This document shows, one piece after another, positions 63,867 to 64,000 of a DNA stretch of 64,000 nt. This DNA is from a virus. The position numbers and the translations under genes were made by a program. Below the pieces are notes generated by a model. That model did not search any database, was not told where the DNA came from, and worked only from the letters and a program-made list of their open reading frames with translations. The stretch spans positions 1-64,000 of the IMG/VR virus record IMGVR_UViG_3300050030_000022; one strand, 5' to 3'. Positions within the stretch are counted from its first letter, which is position 1. Every line of letters starts with the position of its first letter.

Positions 63867-64000
63867 ATGTGTAAATTTTATTCAGCTATCATCAGACCCA
63901 ACGGGGATGTCTTACATGACATTCACACATCTTCGCACGAAGATATTATTGATTTATACGGTCTAAATGATGACAAAACGGGTCGTTTTGCTAAACTGGA
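63867..64000 (+). CDS. 3'-truncated phage ORF
   Basis: MCKFYSAII...SSHEDII open to the window end. Confidence 0.5.
   Translation, partial: MCKFYSAIIRPNGDVLHDIHTSSHEDIIDLYGLNDDKTGRFAKL

Larger units (their letters stand above)
2887..64000. mobile_element. Bacteroidota tailed phage / prophage with podovirus-like gene set, incomplete on the right
   Basis: TerL, portal, MCP, scaffold, endolysin/holin, ejection proteins, DnaB, NinG, SSB, RecE-like nuclease, many small coupled ORFs, and Bacteroidota-type TAnnTTTG promoters. No tape measure, sheath or integrase seen. Left boundary is uncertain. Confidence 0.9.

Noticed and set aside
2887-64000. Stop-codon reassignment in the phage
   Set aside because: Long genes are intact under the standard code, and TAA, TAG and TGA all end ORFs at sensible boundaries.

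Overview
From about 2.9 kb to the right edge, the window is a Bacteroidota tailed-phage genome (prophage or phage contig) with podovirus-like architecture, and it runs off the right end. Recognisable parts are TerL, portal, scaffold, major capsid, head-tail adaptors, a tail nozzle-like protein, a lysis cassette, ejection proteins (including a 3.3-kaa polyvalent protein), a replication module (initiator, DnaB, NinG) and a recombination module (SSB, RecE-like nuclease, annealase). The first 2.9 kb holds two host-like FN3/FISUMP-type surface-protein genes that abut the phage genes with no visible integrase or att site. Five observations stand out. (1) Tail-fibre-like proteins carry Sec signal peptides, and two of them are strongly enriched in the Bacteroidota O-glycosylation sequon D-[ST]-[AILVMT]; the same genome encodes a glycan-synthesis/modification cluster. 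(2) The capsid and pilot proteins have hydrophobic leaders, and the SSB has a hydrophobic tail after its DDLPF tip. (3) There are two exactly spaced phage promoter classes (GTGCA-N8-TAnnTTYR, 9 copies; ATTTATCGC-N22-KAnnTTYR, 3 copies). (4) There is a degenerate tRNA-like element with a UUA anticodon. (5) A head-tail adaptor gene appears to be split in two. All protein calls come from motif recognition by eye; no database search was run.
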